From positions 33,728,001 through 33,792,000 of the forward strand of contig NC_086118.1 in NCBI RefSeq assembly GCF_963921235.1: a DNA stretch of 64,000 bases, read 5' to 3'. Both the position numbers and the translations under genes were made by a program. Position 1 is the stretch's first letter, and each line of letters begins with the position of its first letter. The notes beneath the pieces were generated by a model, which made no database searches, was not told the origin of the DNA, and saw only the letters and a program-made list of their open reading frames with translations. Below, piece by piece: positions 11,398 to 25,926 of the stretch. This stretch comes from Mobula hypostoma (lineage: Eukaryota).

Positions 11398-14360
11398 TAG
11401 AACATAGAACATAGAACAGTACAGCACAGTACAGGCCCTTCGGCCCACAATGTTGTGCTGACCCTTAAACCCTGCCTCCCATATAACCCCCCACCTGAAA
11501 TTCCTCCATATACCTGTCTTGTAGTCTCTTAAATTTCACTAGTGTATCTGTCTCCACCACTGACTCGGGCAGTGCATTCCACGCACGAACCACTCTCTGA
11601 GTAAAAAACCTTCCTCTAATATACCCCTTGAACTTCTCATGTCTTACTTTAAAGCCATGTCCTCTCGTATTGAGCAGTGATGCCCTGGGGAAGAGGTGCT
11701 GACTGTCCACTCTATCTATTCCTCTTAATATCTTGTTTACCTCTATCATGTCTCCTCTCATTCTCCTTCTCTCCAGAGGGTAAAGCCCTAGCTCCCTTAA
11801 TCTCTGATCATAAAGAATACTTTCTAAACCAGGCAGCATTCTGGTAAATTTCCTCTGTACCCTTTCCAATGCTTCCACATCCTTCCTATAGTGAGGCGAC
11901 CAGAACTGGGCACAGTACTCCAAGTGTGGCCTAACCAGAGTTTTATAGAGCTGCATCATTATATCGCGACTCTATCCTTCGACTTATGAAAGCTAACACC
12001 CCATAAGCTTTCTTAACTACCCTATCTACCTGTGAGGCAACTTTCAGGGATCTGTGTACAGGTACCCCCAGATCCTTCTGCTCCTCCACACTTCCAAGTA
12101 TCCTGCCATTCACTTTGTACTCTGCCTTGGAGTTTGGACTTCCAAAGTGTACCACCTCACACTTCTCCGGGTTGAACTCCATCTGCCACTTCTCAGCCCA
12201 CTTCTGCATCCCATCAATGTCTCTCTGTAATCTGTGACAATCCTCTACACTATCCACAACACCACCAACCTTTGTGTCGTCTGCAAACTTGCCAACCCAC
12301 CCCACATCCAGGTCGTTAATAAAAATCACAAAAAGTAGAGCTCCAAGAACCGATCCTTGTGGGACACCACGAGTCACAATCCTCCAATCTGAATGTACTC
12401 CCTCCACCACCACCCTCTGCCTTCTGCAGGCAAGCCAATCCTGAATCCACCTGGCCAAACTTCCCTGGATCCCATGCCTTCTAACTTTCTGAATAAGCCT
12501 ACCGTGTGGAACCTTGTCAAATGCCTTACTAAAATCTATATAGATCACATCCACTGCACTACCCTCATCTATATGCCTGGTCACCTCCTCAAAGAACTCT
12601 ATCAGGCTTGTTAGACACGATCTGCCCTTCACAAAGCCACGCTGACTGTCCCTGATCAGACCATGATTCTCTAAATACCCAGAGATCCTATCTCTAAGAA
12701 TCTTTTCCAACAACTTTCCCACCACAGACATAAAGCTCACTGGTCTATAATTACCCAGACTATTCCTACTACCTTTTTTGAACAAGGGGACAACATTCGT
12801 CTCCCTCCAATCCTCCGGTACCATTCCCGTGGACAACGAGGACAGAAAGATCCTATCCAGAGGCTCAGCAAGCTCTTCCCTTACCGCGTGGAGCAGCCTC
12901 AGCAATATTCCGTCAGGCACCAGGGGCTTATCCATCCTAATGTATTTTAACAACTCCAACACCTCCTCTCCCTTAATATCAACATGCTCCAGAACATCAA
13001 CCTCACTCATATTATCCTCACCATCATCAAGTTCCAAACAGAAGTATTCATTGAGGATCTCACTCACTTCCACAGCCTCCAGACACATCTTCCCACCTTT
13101 ATCTCTAATTGGTCCTATCTTCACTCCTGTCATCCTTTTGTTCTTCACATAATTGAAGAATGCCTTGGGGTTTTCCTTTACCCTACTCACCAAGGCCTTC
13201 TCATGCCCCCTTCTTGCTCTCCTCAGCCCCTTCTTAAGCTCCTTTCTTGCTACCCTATATTCCTCAATAGACCCATCTGATCCTTGCTTCCTAAACCTCA
13301 TGTATGCTGCCTTCTTCCACCTGACTAGATTCTCCACCTCACTTGTCACCCATGGTTCCTTCACCCTACTAGTCTTTATCTTCCTCACCAGGACAAATTT
13401 ATCCCTAACGTCCTGCAAGAGATCCCTAAACATTAACCACATGTCCATAGTACATTTCCCTGCAAGAACTTCATCCCAATTCACACCAGCAAGTTCTAGC
13501 CTTATAGCCTCATAATTTGCCCTTCCCCAATTAAAAATTCTCCTGTTCTCTCTGATTCTATCCTTTTCCATGATAATGTTAAAGGCCAGTGGTCACTGTC
13601 CCCCAGATGCTCACCCACTGAGAGATCTGCGACCTGACCCAGTTCGTTACCTAATACTAGATCTAGTATGGCATTCCCCCGGTCGGCCTGTCAACATACT
13701 GTGACAGGAATCCGTCCTGGACACACTTAACAAACTCTGCCCCATCTAAACCATTGGAACAAATCAGGTGCCAATCAATATGAGGGAAGTTAAAGTCACC
13801 CATGATAACAACCCTGTTATTTTTGCACCTTTCCAAAATCTGCCTCCCAATCTGCTCCTTGGAATCTCTGCTGCTACCGGGGGGCCTATAGAATACTCCC
13901 AACAGAGTAACTGCTCCCTTCCTGTTCCTGACTTCCACCCATACTGACTCAAAGGAGGATCCTTCTACATTACCCACCCTTTCTGTAGCTGTAATAGTAT
14001 CCCTGACCAGTAATGCCACCCCTCCTCCCCTCCGCCCCCCCATCCCTTTTAAAGCACTGAAATCCAGCAATATTGAGAATCCAATCCTGCCCTGGTGCCA
14101 GCCAAGTCTCTGTAATGGCCACTACATCATAATTCCATGTAGGTATCCAAGCTCTCAGTTCATCACCTTTGTTCCTGATGCTTCTTGCATTGAGGTACAT
14201 GCACTTTAGCCCTTCTACCTTACTACCTTTACACGCCTTTCATCAAAGCCTCTTTGTAATTTAGATCTGGCTTTACTCCATGCACTACACTTGCAGTTCT
14301 CGCATGACCTTTATCCTCCTCCACCTCACTATCTGCTCTAACACTCTGGTTCCCCTCCCC
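11398..14360 (-). mobile_element. CR1 LINE ORF2 (APE endonuclease + RT), frameshifted, in ENGASE intron 2
   Basis: YLNARSI, ITETWL, GDFNFP, DFSKAFD, GVPQGS and KFADD motifs; (TTCTATG)n tail. Confidence 0.93.
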
Positions 14361-15051
14361 CGATACAATCCAAAAATGCCATCTATTCTAAATCATTGAT
14401 TCTGATGCCTAGCATCCTTATTTTTCAAAACAATTCCCTAAACCTCATCAAAAGATTACTTATTTAATGTTAAAATTGCCAGCAAGTTATTTCTTCCTTA
14501 CAAATAACTTCTGTTTAGAGCCTGAAACTTGAGTCACAATTCCACTGTTGTCCACAATTTGTAATGTGACTTCAAGACAGAGTCACTGACAGACGGAGAA
14601 GGAAACAAACTATTTCCGCTACAGATCCTACATTTTAGCCACCATTTTAAGAGCTCATTCCATACACTAAACATATCGTACATAGACATTCATCAGATCA
14701 AATATGTTTATTCAGAAGATCAAATATTCTTACAAGGTACGTGATAGTACCGATATAACTGAAGCATACAGATATTCTTACAGCAGTTCAATTTGGACAG
14801 TATGTTCACCGCACCTTGAATATTTAACAGTATATCAGGTAATATATTTACTGGTTGCAACAAACGGGAAAGGAATGAAGGTTCCTTCACCTCAGGTAAT
14901 ATTCGAAATAAGCACTGTTTCTCAAGTGGATTTTGTATGATCAAAAACAGGGTCACAAATACAATCTCTTGTTAATGTTTGAGTGTAATTATGTCGTTCA
15001 CACAAAATTACTGTGCTTCACCGCCATTCTGTTGAAGTTACAGATACTTAC

Positions 15052-15119
15052 TGGGGAGTGGAGGAGCTTCATACTGAATCACATGATCAACTTGATGCCC
15101 CTCTGGACTAAGAGCAACT
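15052..15119 (-). CDS. ENGASE: ENGASE coding exon 2 (68 bp; VALSPEGHQVDHVIQYEAPPLP)
   Basis: tcttgcag acceptor and gtaagt donor; phase 2/1 fits both neighbours; resembles human 'REVVSFSPDPLP'. Not in the ORF track. Confidence 0.85.
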
Positions 15120-15270
15120 CTGCAAGACACATATGCAGGAATGACAAATTGCAAGTTTATGATCTTTCACATTAAACCAAAATCCGTTGGTAATTACACG
15201 TGGCATGTGAATGAACAGAAAAACTCATATTGGAAAAGCCATTTGAGTATACAAGGAACATAATTAACTC

Positions 15271-16700
15271 GAGTAACATATACAAAATGCTGGAGGAAGT
15301 CAGCAGATCAGACAGCATCTCAGGAAAGGAATAAACTGTCTATGTTTCGAGCCGAGACCCTTCATCAGGACTGGAAAGGAAGGGAGGGGAGGGAGCCAGA
15401 ATAAGATGGGGAGAGGGGAAGGATTACAAACTAAAAGGTGATGTGGGGGGGGGGGAGTTTGAAAGGTGGGGGAGAGGTGAAGTGAGAAGCTGGGAGCTGA
15501 TAGGTGGAAAAGGTGAAGGACTGAAGGAGAAGAAATCTAAACACAGAATAATCTGCAGATGCTGGGATCAAAGCGACACTCACAACACGCTGGAGGAACT
15601 CAGCAGGTCGGGCAGCATCCATGGAGAAGAAATCTGACAGGAGGAGAGGGGATCATGGGAGATAGGGAAGGAGCAGAGGCACCAGGGGCAGGTGAGGAGA
15701 TAAGAGGGGAGCCAGAACGGGAAGGGGGAAGGGGCAAAAAATTACTGTAAGTTAAAGTCATCAAGTTAGGGCCACACAGGCGGAATGAGTTGCTGCTTCT
15801 CCAACCTGAGAGTGGCCTCTTTATGGTAGTACAGGAGGCTATGGACCGACAAGTCAGAATGGGAATGGGGATTGAAATTAAAATCGTTGACCTTCAGGAA
15901 ATCCGCCTTGTGGCAGACGGAGTGAAGGTGCTCAGCAAAGCAGCCCCCAATCTACACTGAATCTCACTGATGTCGAGGGGGCCACATCAGAAGCACTCAG
16001 TACAATAGATGACGCTGACGGACTCACCTAGAAAGACTGGTTGGACCCTGAACATTTCGGGGATAAGTGCCAGGAGGGACGTTAGTGGGGAGGGAAAAAT
16101 AGACAAGGGAATCATGGAGGGAGCAATCCCTCTGGAAAGCAGAGAGTGTGGGGGGGGTATGTAAAGATGTGTTTGGTGGTAGGACGCCTTTGAAAATGGC
16201 AGAAATTGCGGAGAATTATGTGCTAGATGTGGAGGCATCATAGAGTGGTAGGTAAGAACAAGAGGAACTCTATCCCTGTTAAGGCAGATGAAAGGTGGCG
16301 TAAGCATGGATGTCCAGGAAGTGGAGGAAGGCAAACCCCGTTCTTTGGAGAAGGAAGACAGCCCTGATGTTTGGAAAGGAAAGTCAAGCCTCATCCTGGG
16401 AACAAATGAGGTGGAGACAGGGGAAATCAGGAAAAGGAATGGCATTTTTACAGGTAACAAGGTGGGAAGTAGTCAAGTCAAGATAGCTGTGAGAGTCAGT
16501 AGGTTTATAAAAGATATTGGTAAATAGAAATGGAGTCAGAGAGATCGAGAAAGAGGAGAGAGGTATCAAAAATGGACTAAGTAAACTTAAGGGCAGGGTA
16601 GAAGCTGAAGGCAAAGTTGATAAAATTGTCAAGCTCAGCATGGGTACATGAAGCAGCACCAATGAGGTCATCGATTTAGCACAGGAAGAGCTAGGGAGTG
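15271..16700 (-). mobile_element. Degraded Penelope-like element (RT thumb, GIY-YIG remnant, 3' repeat with hammerhead at 15336-15372)
   Basis: IDD remnant, YKPTDSHSYLD, DRVPLVLTYH and VIYC remnants; pyrimidine-rich 3' UTR; CUGAUGA...GAAA core. Confidence 0.82.
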
Positions 16701-17655
16701 TTACATCTTATATTTTAGACATAAGAGAGAAACACAAAATCATTGAGAGGACTCAGATGTTACATCTTGCTTTTTTTAAAGAAGCGAATTTTGAACAAAA
16801 TGCTTTAATTTCACGAACAGATGTTTTCTTCAGTGGCTATCCCTTTTTAATTGTATCAGTGGTGTAATATCAAACAATTATCATTCTGGTTATTCAAAAT
16901 TTAAGCTGCAGTTACTCATTGAGGTGCAAAACAATCATTTGTTCCATGACAACATCAGGGCTGCAAAATTTCACACTAAATTAAATCTTAAGTGATTTAT
17001 TAATAAAAGGTGACAAGATTTCAAATTCAATTCTCTGCTGAATTAACTGATCTTGATTAGACTGGCTTCAAGGATAGTACCAATCAACTGATTGGACAGG
17101 AAATGAACTTCATGGACACTGAATGAAAATGCTGAGCAAAAACAGGTTTCAAAGGGTTGCATGGTTAATGAAACATACTGGCAGCCAATAGTAGTCTTAT
17201 GGCACAATTGCTATAGGTTTTATATTTTATTTAAACACTCAAGATAAACAGAGTAAGTCATCAAAAGAAACCATTTACTGTATCATGCATCCCTCCTGGT
17301 CTCCTACACTACCCGACCCCTCCTTCACCTTCACCCTTCTTCCTTCTCACCTCCTGCACCACTCACCCTTCCTACCCTCATTGCTATCTCCCACAGCCCT
17401 TTCGTAGGTGAACCATCCCTCTTCTCCTCCCCTATTCCTTCACCCCATATCACCCACACCCTTCCTGTCACTCTACCACCCCCGTTGGTACCATACACCA
17501 CTCTTTTGTACCTTACTCTTCACCCTCTCCTGCATCCCTTTCTCCCTCCTCTCTCCTTCCGTACCATGCACCCTTCTCTCGCACCTTCTCCCTTCCTCCT
17601 TCTGTATCATCCTTACCCATCCGTAACTGTACCACTCCCCATCACTTCCCCATCC

Positions 17656-18222
17656 NNNNNNNNNNNNNNNNNNNNNNNNNNNNNNNNNNNNNNNNNNNNN
17701 NNNNNNNNNNNNNNNNNNNNNNNNNNNNNNNNNNNNNNNNNNNNNNNNNNNNNNNNNNNNNNNNNNNNNNNNNNNNNNNNNNNNNNNNNNNNNNNNNNNN
17801 NNNNNNNNNNNNNNNNNNNNNNNNNNNNNNNNNNNNNNNNNNNNNNNNNNNNNNNNNNNNNNNNNNNNNNNNNNNNNNNNNNNNNNNNNNNNNNNNNNNN
17901 NNNNNNNNNNNNNNNNNNNNNNNNNNNNNNNNNNNNNNNNNNNNNNNNNNNNNNNNNNNNNNNNNNNNNNNNNNNNNNNNNNNNNNNNNNNNNNNNNNNN
18001 NNNNNNNNNNNCCCCCCTCCCCCTCTCCTTCCCCCCCTCCCCCTNNNNNNNNNNNNNNNNNNNNNNNNNNNNNNNNNNNNNNNNNNNNNNNNNNNNNNNN
18101 NNNNNNNNNNNNNNNNNNNNNNNNNNNNNNNNNNNNNNNNNNNNNNNNNNNNNNNNNNNNNNNNNNNNNNNNNNNNNNNNNNNNNNNNNNNNNNNNNNNN
18201 NNNNNNNNNNNNNNNNNNNNNN
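17656..18222. other. Assembly gaps (N runs 17656-18011 and 18045-18222) within a C-rich low-complexity tract in ENGASE intron 1
   Basis: N bases with flanking polypyrimidine sequence. Confidence 0.99.
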
Positions 18223-18370
18223 CCCACTGCCGTATCACAAACCCACCCCCTTACCACACCCTCCACTCCTCCCTTCCTACATCGTTCATATTCAGGCGGC
18301 AACACTGTTATCCCTGCAGCCGGTGCTCAATCCCACAGTCAGTGCCTGCAGCCTTTTTTCCTCAACTCAC

Positions 18371-18486
18371 TCGCTGCTCTTCAGGCTCTTCCTGCTGCCG
18401 TCCCCAGTCACGGTATCAGCTGCCACCTCCAATTCTGCTGCTCTCTTAGCTGAAACTATCTCTTTTTCCCCATCTTTGCTTTCCAT
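18371..18486 (-). CDS. ENGASE: ENGASE coding exon 1 (MESKDGEKEIVSAKRAAELEVAADTVTGDGSRKSLKSS)
   Basis: ATG in good Kozak context (AAGATGG); GA|gtgagt donor in phase 2 matches exon 2; GC-rich first-exon context. The N-terminus is poorly conserved, so the call rests on phase and position. Confidence 0.75.
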
Positions 18487-19102
18487 CTTCTCGGCAGCTC
18501 TTCCGGGAATCCCACCGGAGCTCTTTGGGGACAATCTGCACCAAACCACCTCGAAACGCGTTGCTCAAAAACTGTCAAAAATAGCAAAGAATACTTTGCT
18601 GATAATTTACTTCTAGTTCATTTTCAAACTCGTTGATACTGCAGTGAACAGTCTCTTGGGAGAATTAATAAAAATGGTTAAAACACTAAATTACTTTGCT
18701 GAAAGAGGGTGGTAGAAAACCATACTTTAATACAAAGTACATAGATTTACCCAAATTCACAGCCATGCAAACTGCTAATGAAAATGAAATGGAAACAGAA
18801 AATATGGAAATTCTGTCAGACAGAATCTATGGAGAGAGAATCAGAGTTAACATCTCATGATAATATGAAAATATGACTCCTGCTTCTATGAATAGAATAT
18901 ACCAGACCATTCACACTACCTACCTTTGTCTGCTGTATACAGTATGTTTACATTTGATTTAAATCTCCTTTTATCTTGGTCCACCCTGGCCTATCTGTCC
19001 TGAATGTCATTCTTATTTGCCAAACTGCTTCCCCTGAAATGAATCAGTGTTATTTACCACAATTTTTTCATTTGGTTCTACCTTGAACAATCAAATTGTT
19101 CT

Positions 19103-21320
19103 ACATAGAACATAGAACATAGAATTGTGCAACACAGTACAGGCCCTTTGGCCCACAATGTTGTGCCCACCCTCAAACCCTGCCTCCCATATAAACCCCC
19201 AACTTAAATTCCTCCATATACCTGTCTAGTAGTCTCTTAAACTTCACTAGTGTATCCGCCTCCACCACTTACTCAGGCAGTGCATTCCACGTACCAACCA
19301 CTCTCTGAGTAAAAAACCTTCCTCTAATATCCCCCTTGAACTTCCCACCCCTTACCTTAAAGCCATGTCCTTTTGTATTGAGCAGTGGTGCCCTGGGGAA
19401 GAGGTGCTGGCTACCCACTCTATCTATTCCTCTTAATATCTTGTACACCTCTATCATGTGTCCTCTCATCCTCCTTCTCTCCAAAGAGTAAAGCCCTAGC
19501 TCCCTTAATCTCTGATCATAATGCATACTCTCTAAACCAGGCAGCATCCTGGGAAATCTCCTCTGTACCCTTTCCAATGCTTCCACATCCTTCCTATAAT
19601 GAGGTTACCAGAACTGGACACAGTACTCCAAGTGTGGCCTAACCAGAGTTTTATAGAGCTGCATCATTACATTGCGACTCTTAAACTCTATCCATCGACT
19701 TATGAAAGCTAACACCCCATAAACTTTCTTAACTACCCTATCTACCTGTGAGGCAACTTTCAGGGTTCTGTGGACATGTACCCCCAGATCCCTCTGCTCC
19801 TCCACACTACCAAGTATCCTGCCACTTACTTTGTACTCTGCCTTGGAGTTTGTCCTTCCAAAGTGTACCACTTCACACTTCTCTTGGTTGAACTCCATCT
19901 GCCACTTCTCAGCCCACTTCTGCATCCTATCAATGTTTCTCTGCAATCTTTGACAATCCTCTACACTACCTACAACACCACCAACCTATGTGTCATCTGC
20001 AAACTTGCCAACCCACCCTTCTACCCCCACATCCAGGTTGTTAATAAAAATCACAAAAAGTAGAGGTCCCAGAACAGATCCTTGTGGGACACCACTAGTC
20101 ACAATCCTCCAATCTGAATGTACTCCCTCCACCACCACCCTCTGCCTTCTGCAGGCAAGCCAATTCTGAATCCACCTGGCCAAACTTCCCTGGATGCCTT
20201 CTGACTTTCTGAATAAGCCTACCGTGTGGAACCTTGTCATATGCCTTACTAAAACCCATATAGATCACATCCACTGCACTACCCTCATCTACATGCCTGG
20301 TCACCTCCTCAAAGAACTCTATCAGGCTTGTTAGACATGATCTGCCCTTCACAAAGCCACGCTGACTGTCCCTGATCAGACCATGATTCTCTAAATGCCC
20401 AGAGATCCTATCTCTAAAAATCTTTTCCAACAGCTTTCCCACCACAGATGTAAGGCTCACTGGTCTACAATTACCCGGACTATCCCTACTACCTTTTTTG
20501 AACAAGGGGACAACATTCGCCTCCCTCCAATCCTCCGGTACCATTCCCGTGGACAACGAGGACAGAAAGATCCTAGGCAGAGGCTCAGTAATCTCTTCCC
20601 TCACCTCATGGAGCAGCCTCAGGAATATTCCATCAAGCCCCGGGGACTTATCCATCCTAATGTATTTTAACAACTCTTAACACCTCCTCTCCCTTAATAT
20701 CAACATGCTCCAGAACATCAACCTCACTCATATTGTCCTCACCATCATCAAGTTCCCTCTCATTGGTGAATACCAAAGAGAAGTATTCACTGAGGACCTC
20801 GCTCACTTCCACAGCCTCCAGGCACATCTTCCCACCTTTATCTCTAATCAGTCCTACCTTCACTCCTGTCATCCTTTTTCTCTTCACATAAATGAAGAAT
20901 GCCTTGGGGTTTTCCTTTACCCTACTCGCCAAGGCCTTCTCATGCCCCCTTCTTGCTCTTCTCAGCCCCTTCTTAAGCTCCTTTCTTGCTTCCCTATATT
21001 CCTCAATAGACCCATCTGATCCTTGCTTCCTAAACCTCATGTATGCTGCCTTCTTCCACCTGACTAGATTTTCCACCTCACTTGTCACCCATGGTTCCTT
21101 CACCCTACCATTCTTTATCTTCCTCACGGGGACAAATTTATCCCTAACATCCCACAAGAGATCTCTAAACATCGACCACATGTCCGTAGTACATTTCCCT
21201 GCAAAAACATCATCCCAATTCACACCCGCAAGTTCTAGCCTTATAGCCTCATAATTTGCCCTTCCCCAATTAAAAATTTTCCTGTCCTCTCTGATTCTAT
21301 CCTTTTCCATGATAATGCTA
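19103..21320 (-). mobile_element. 5'-truncated CR1 LINE, same subfamily as 11398-14360
   Basis: RT ORF fragments nearly identical in protein sequence (MEKDRIRE...); same tail repeat. Confidence 0.93.
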
Positions 21321-21868
21321 AGAGGGATATTTACTGAATTTATTTGCAGCTATGGCCTGTTGTTCTAAATATCGCGTAAGTAAGATGTAACAAGAGAAAT
21401 GTATCTCCAGCCAACAGTATTTCTTCATATCCCCCCAACAGTTGCATTCACCTCACAGATTTTGTTTTATTGAAGCCAGCCGAAATGAATGTATAGGGCG
21501 AACATAATCAGCAACCAATATCCTCACGCCCATTCAATACAAGTAACCAGGGCAACAATTTCTCCCCATAGGCCCTTCCACAGGCATACACTGCATTGCA
21601 AAATTAGCATTATGACATGGGCGTAATCATCTTGGATGGGACAATGGTCTTGAGTGGAACCACTATTCACCTGTTCAAAGATGAGCAGTCCTGGACGTTG
21701 CCCACTCTAGGACTAACAGATAGACTTGGAGGTCTAGTTATTCTTAGCTCTTGCCTTAATGGCTACTTCTTTTAAACAAGTCCATACCTGCAAAACAACA
21801 TTTATATGGCTCTAGTTCCATGCCTATGCTGCTACAGCTGTTGAAACACAAAACAAAGAGACTTTACT

Positions 21869-22099
21869 GCAACACACATAAAAGTTGCTGGTGAATGCAG
21901 CCCGCCAGGCAGCATCTATAGGAAGAGGTACAGTCGATGTTTCAGGCCGAAACCCTTCGACCCTAGTCCTGACGAAGGGTTTCGGCCCGAAACATCAACT
22001 GTACCTCTTCCTATAGATGCTGCCTGGCCTGCTGCGTTCACCTGCATTTTTTTATGTATGTTGCTTGAATTTCCAGCATCTGCAGACTTCCTCATGCTT
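21869..22099 (+). mobile_element. Fold-back Penelope-type insertion with hammerhead (about 21965-22000)
   Basis: Imperfect ~90-bp inverted arms plus tail; TSD GAGACTT(T/C)ACTGCAA (21858-21872 and 22100-22114). Confidence 0.82.
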
Positions 22100-22370
22100 G
22101 AGACTTCACTGCAAAGCAACTTTTAAACACATCTTTCACTGTGTTATCATGCATGGTACCAGTGGAGGGCTTTAGTAGAGTCTTTCAGATCAGCACAGAC
22201 TTCCGCAAGTTTCGCAACTCAACTCTCAGACAAGGAGAATCTTCCCTCTGAGCTTGTGCAAAATTTAATATATTTTTTAAATATTAACTTTATTTTTAAT
22301 AGTTCTCAGGTGATTTTGAAATTTTTGTGTACCAATCAAAGTCAAAACACTTTCAAATATTCAACTGTAG

Positions 22371-22884
22371 TGTGAGACAGTGAACCAGAGGATTTGGGTG
22401 TTTGAAACCAATGCTTTTAATAATACTTTTTATAAGTTTTGTGCTTTTTAACAAACTCATGTATTTTTCACACTCACCGACAGAAAGCAGTATAGCAGCT
22501 AAACTAATGTATTATCACCTTTCTGATTTTTCATTGGCTAAGTGTTAGCATTTAGTCCACATGATGTAACTGTTTTCATTATGTAACTAATTAGCTAGTT
22601 TATTCCCTAGCTAGGATATTTCTCTTATCTATAAAACTGATGGATTTTCCAGAGGCACCATCGTGACTTCTTCTTTATTCCATTGTCTCCGCATCCATTC
22701 AACTCTTAGCATCGTTTCTCAGCTCTTTATTTAGTTTGCTTAGCATTTGTATGTTTGTTTGCACTCTAAAATAAACTGAAATCTTGGAATTAAGACTGCT
22801 CTTCATTCCTGACTCCCAAAAGGACCCTCGGGATCAGAAAATAAACAGAGATCCAACAGGGACAAGATTGCACCACCTGTCACA
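22371..22884 (+). mobile_element. Possible solo LTR
   Basis: TG...CA ends with a weak inverted repeat, internal TATAAA and AATAAA; no clean TSD. Confidence 0.3.
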
Positions 22885-25800
22885 TGTGCCGAACCATGAA
22901 GTGGTCTTTCACACTGGCAGAAGGGTTGTTGGATGGTATACTGCACTTGGGCTGTGCCAATGCAATGGCAGCTGGCCATCCGGTGAAAGGCTGTGCCCAT
23001 GACCATGAAGGAATAAATTGCATTGTCCATGGCCAGTGATCTCAGAGTTAATTGAAGATCTGTCCCAGTTTTTCTAATGGATTGTTTACTTGTATTTTGA
23101 GCTTTCTTTGGTAGTTTTTTAAATAATTATTTACATGTTTTTAAAATGTCCCAGAGTACCAGAGATTTTTGGAGAAATAATAAAATAACATAGAGAGAAT
23201 TCGAAGCTCTGCCTCACCCTTTGTCAAACCGGTCTGGGGCACTTCATACAAGATCTTTGCACTGCACCAGCCCCAGGCTGGTCTCTGTCCAGATCTTAGC
23301 AAAGGACTCAGTGGAACAGAGAGCCGGTGATATTTGCATTCAACATCCAGACTGGAGATGCGGGGGTGTGCTGAGTGCAGGCTGTGGCCTGTTTCAACAC
23401 AATCCAGTCAATGCATCCTTCCACTCTTATCGTGCTTCCCTCCATCTCCATTCAAGGCATTTGGCTTTGTCTTGCTGTAGAGCAGATCAAACACAGATCT
23501 AGGTATGCATCACAATTCAAAATCCATGCAGCATGCAGCAAACGGCGCAAAGGACTTGATTTTTTTACATTTTTAAAAATATGAATATCTGTAAAACAAA
23601 CTCTTGCATGAAATCTGTTTCGATGGGTTGTTAAGGACTGGGTCTAGTGGTCAATGTTGTTTTGAAAAACTCCGATGACATCAACTTTGAGCTCAATCAA
23701 CCTCACCCAACATCTTTACCTTCATAGTCCTAATTCGATTTAACAGATAGTATCAGATTTACCTTTTACTCTCTTGCTAGAGAAAGTTAAGTCAACTATA
23801 TTGCAGTCACAGTGTCTAAAGTAGCTCCTTGGCCCTGACAAATGACTAACTCTAAAAACCATAAGACCTTCAGATATAGGAGCAGAATGAGGCCGTTTGG
23901 CCCTTCAAGTCTGCTCCGTCATCTCATCATGGCTGATCCATTTCACCGTCATCCGCAGTCTCCTGCCTTCTGCTCATAACTCTTCATGCTCTGACTAATC
24001 AAGAATCTGTCAACTGCTGCCTTAAGTATACCCAAGGACTTGGCCTCCACAGCCATCTGTGGCAGTGAATTCCACAGATATACCACTCTCTAGCTAAAGA
24101 AATTCCTCATCATCGCCATTCTAAGTAGACTCCCTTCTATTCTGAGGTTGTGCCCTCTGGTCCTAGATTCCCCCACCAAAGGAAATACATTCCCCACATC
24201 CACTCTGTTGAGGCCTTTCAGCATTCGATAGGTTGCAATGAAATCCCCCTTCATTCTTCTGAATTCCAGTGAGTACAGGCCCAGAGCCATCAATCAGCTC
24301 TCATACGATAACCCTCCCATTCCCAGAATCAGTCTCGTGAAGCTCCTCTGAACCCTCTCAAACATCAGCGCATCCTTTCTTAGATAAGGGACCCAAAACT
24401 GTTCATAATACTCCAAGTGAATGACTTATAAAGCCTCCACATTACATCCTTGCTTTTATATTCTAGTCCTCTCAAAATAAATGCAAGTATTACATTTGCC
24501 TTCCTCACCACAGACTCAACCTGCAAACTAACCTTTAGGAAATCCTGCATGAGGGCTCCCAAGTCCCTTTGCACCTCAGATTTTTTGAACTTTTTCTCTG
24601 TTTAGAAGATAGTCTATGCTTTTATTTCTTCTACTTATTTCTTATTTCTTCTACCAAAGTGTATGAACATACACTTCCTGTATTCCATCTGCCACATCTT
24701 TTCCCATTCTCCTAATCTCTCGAAGTCCTTCTGCCGTCTCCCTGCTTTGCCAACACTACCTGCCCCTCCACCTATCTTTGTATTGTCTGCAAACCTGGCC
24801 ATAAACCCATCAATTCCGTAATCCAAAATTATTGACATCTAATGTAAAGGTACAGTCCCAGCACAGATCCTTGCAGAACACCACTAGTCACCAGCAGCCA
24901 ACCAGAAAAGGCTCCATTTATTCCCACTATTTGCTTCTGCCTATCAGCTAATGCTCTATCCATGCTAGTATCTTTCCTGTCTTATGTATCCTAGTCAAAG
25001 GCCTTCTGAAAATCCAAGTATGAAACATGCACCAATTCTCCTTTGTCTATCCTGCGTGTCACTTCTCCAAAGAATTCCAATAGATTTGTCAGGCAAGATT
25101 TTTCTTTAAGGAAACCATGCCGACTAGGGCCTATTTTATCATGCACCTCCAAGTACCCTGAAACCACATCTTTAATAATCAACTTCAACATCTTCCCAAG
25201 CACTGAGGTTGGATAACTGGCCTATAATTTCCTTTCTTCTGCTTCTCCCCTTCTTGAGAAGTGGAGTGACATTTGCAATTTTCCAGTCGTTTGGAACCAT
25301 GCCAAAATCTATTGATTCTTGAAAGATCATTACTAATGCCTCCTCAATCTCTTCAGCCATCTCTTTCAGAGCCCTGGGGTGTAGATCATGTGGTCCAGGT
25401 GATTTATCTACCTTCAGACCTTTCAGTTTTCCAAGCACTTCTCCCTAATAATGGTAGCTTCACTCACTTCTGCATGGCTGACAGTTCCAAACTTCCACCA
25501 TACTGCTCATGTCTTCCACAGTGAAGGCTGATGCAAAATGCTTATTCAGTTCATCTGCCATTTCCTTCTCCCCCAGTACTCCAGCATCATTTTTCAGCAT
25601 ACCGTATCTACTCTCACCTCTCTTTTACTCTTTATATAACTTTTGGCACCTTCTTTAATAATATTGGCTAGCTTACATCTGTTCCCATTTTATGACATTT
25701 TAGTTGCCTTCTGTTGGTTTTTAAAAGCTTCCCAATCCTCTAATTTCCACTCATTTTTGCTTCTTTATATGCCCTCTCTTCGGCTTTTATATTGGCTTTG

Positions 25801-25926
25801 ACTTCATTGTCAGCTACGGTTGCATCACCCTGCCTTTAGAATATTTATTCTTCTTCTTTGTGAGGTACATATCCTGAGCCTTTTGAATTGTTTCCAGAAA
25901 TTCCAACCATTACAAATTCCAACCAA

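Noticed and set aside
14720-14956. ORF considered as ENGASE exon 2
   Set aside because: No similarity to ENGASE; the 68-bp exon at 15052-15119 fits both phase and sequence.
17485-18453. Long ORFs of 198-322 aa
   Set aside because: Artefacts of N runs and low-complexity C-rich sequence.
18487-18549. Upstream extension of the ENGASE exon 1 ORF (track start at 18549)
   Set aside because: It begins at a non-ATG codon; the ATG at 18486 has strong Kozak context.
23215-23480. Possible minus-strand exon (gtgagg donor, ctacag acceptor), e.g. of C1QTNF1
   Set aside because: I found stops in all three frames and no recognisable protein similarity.
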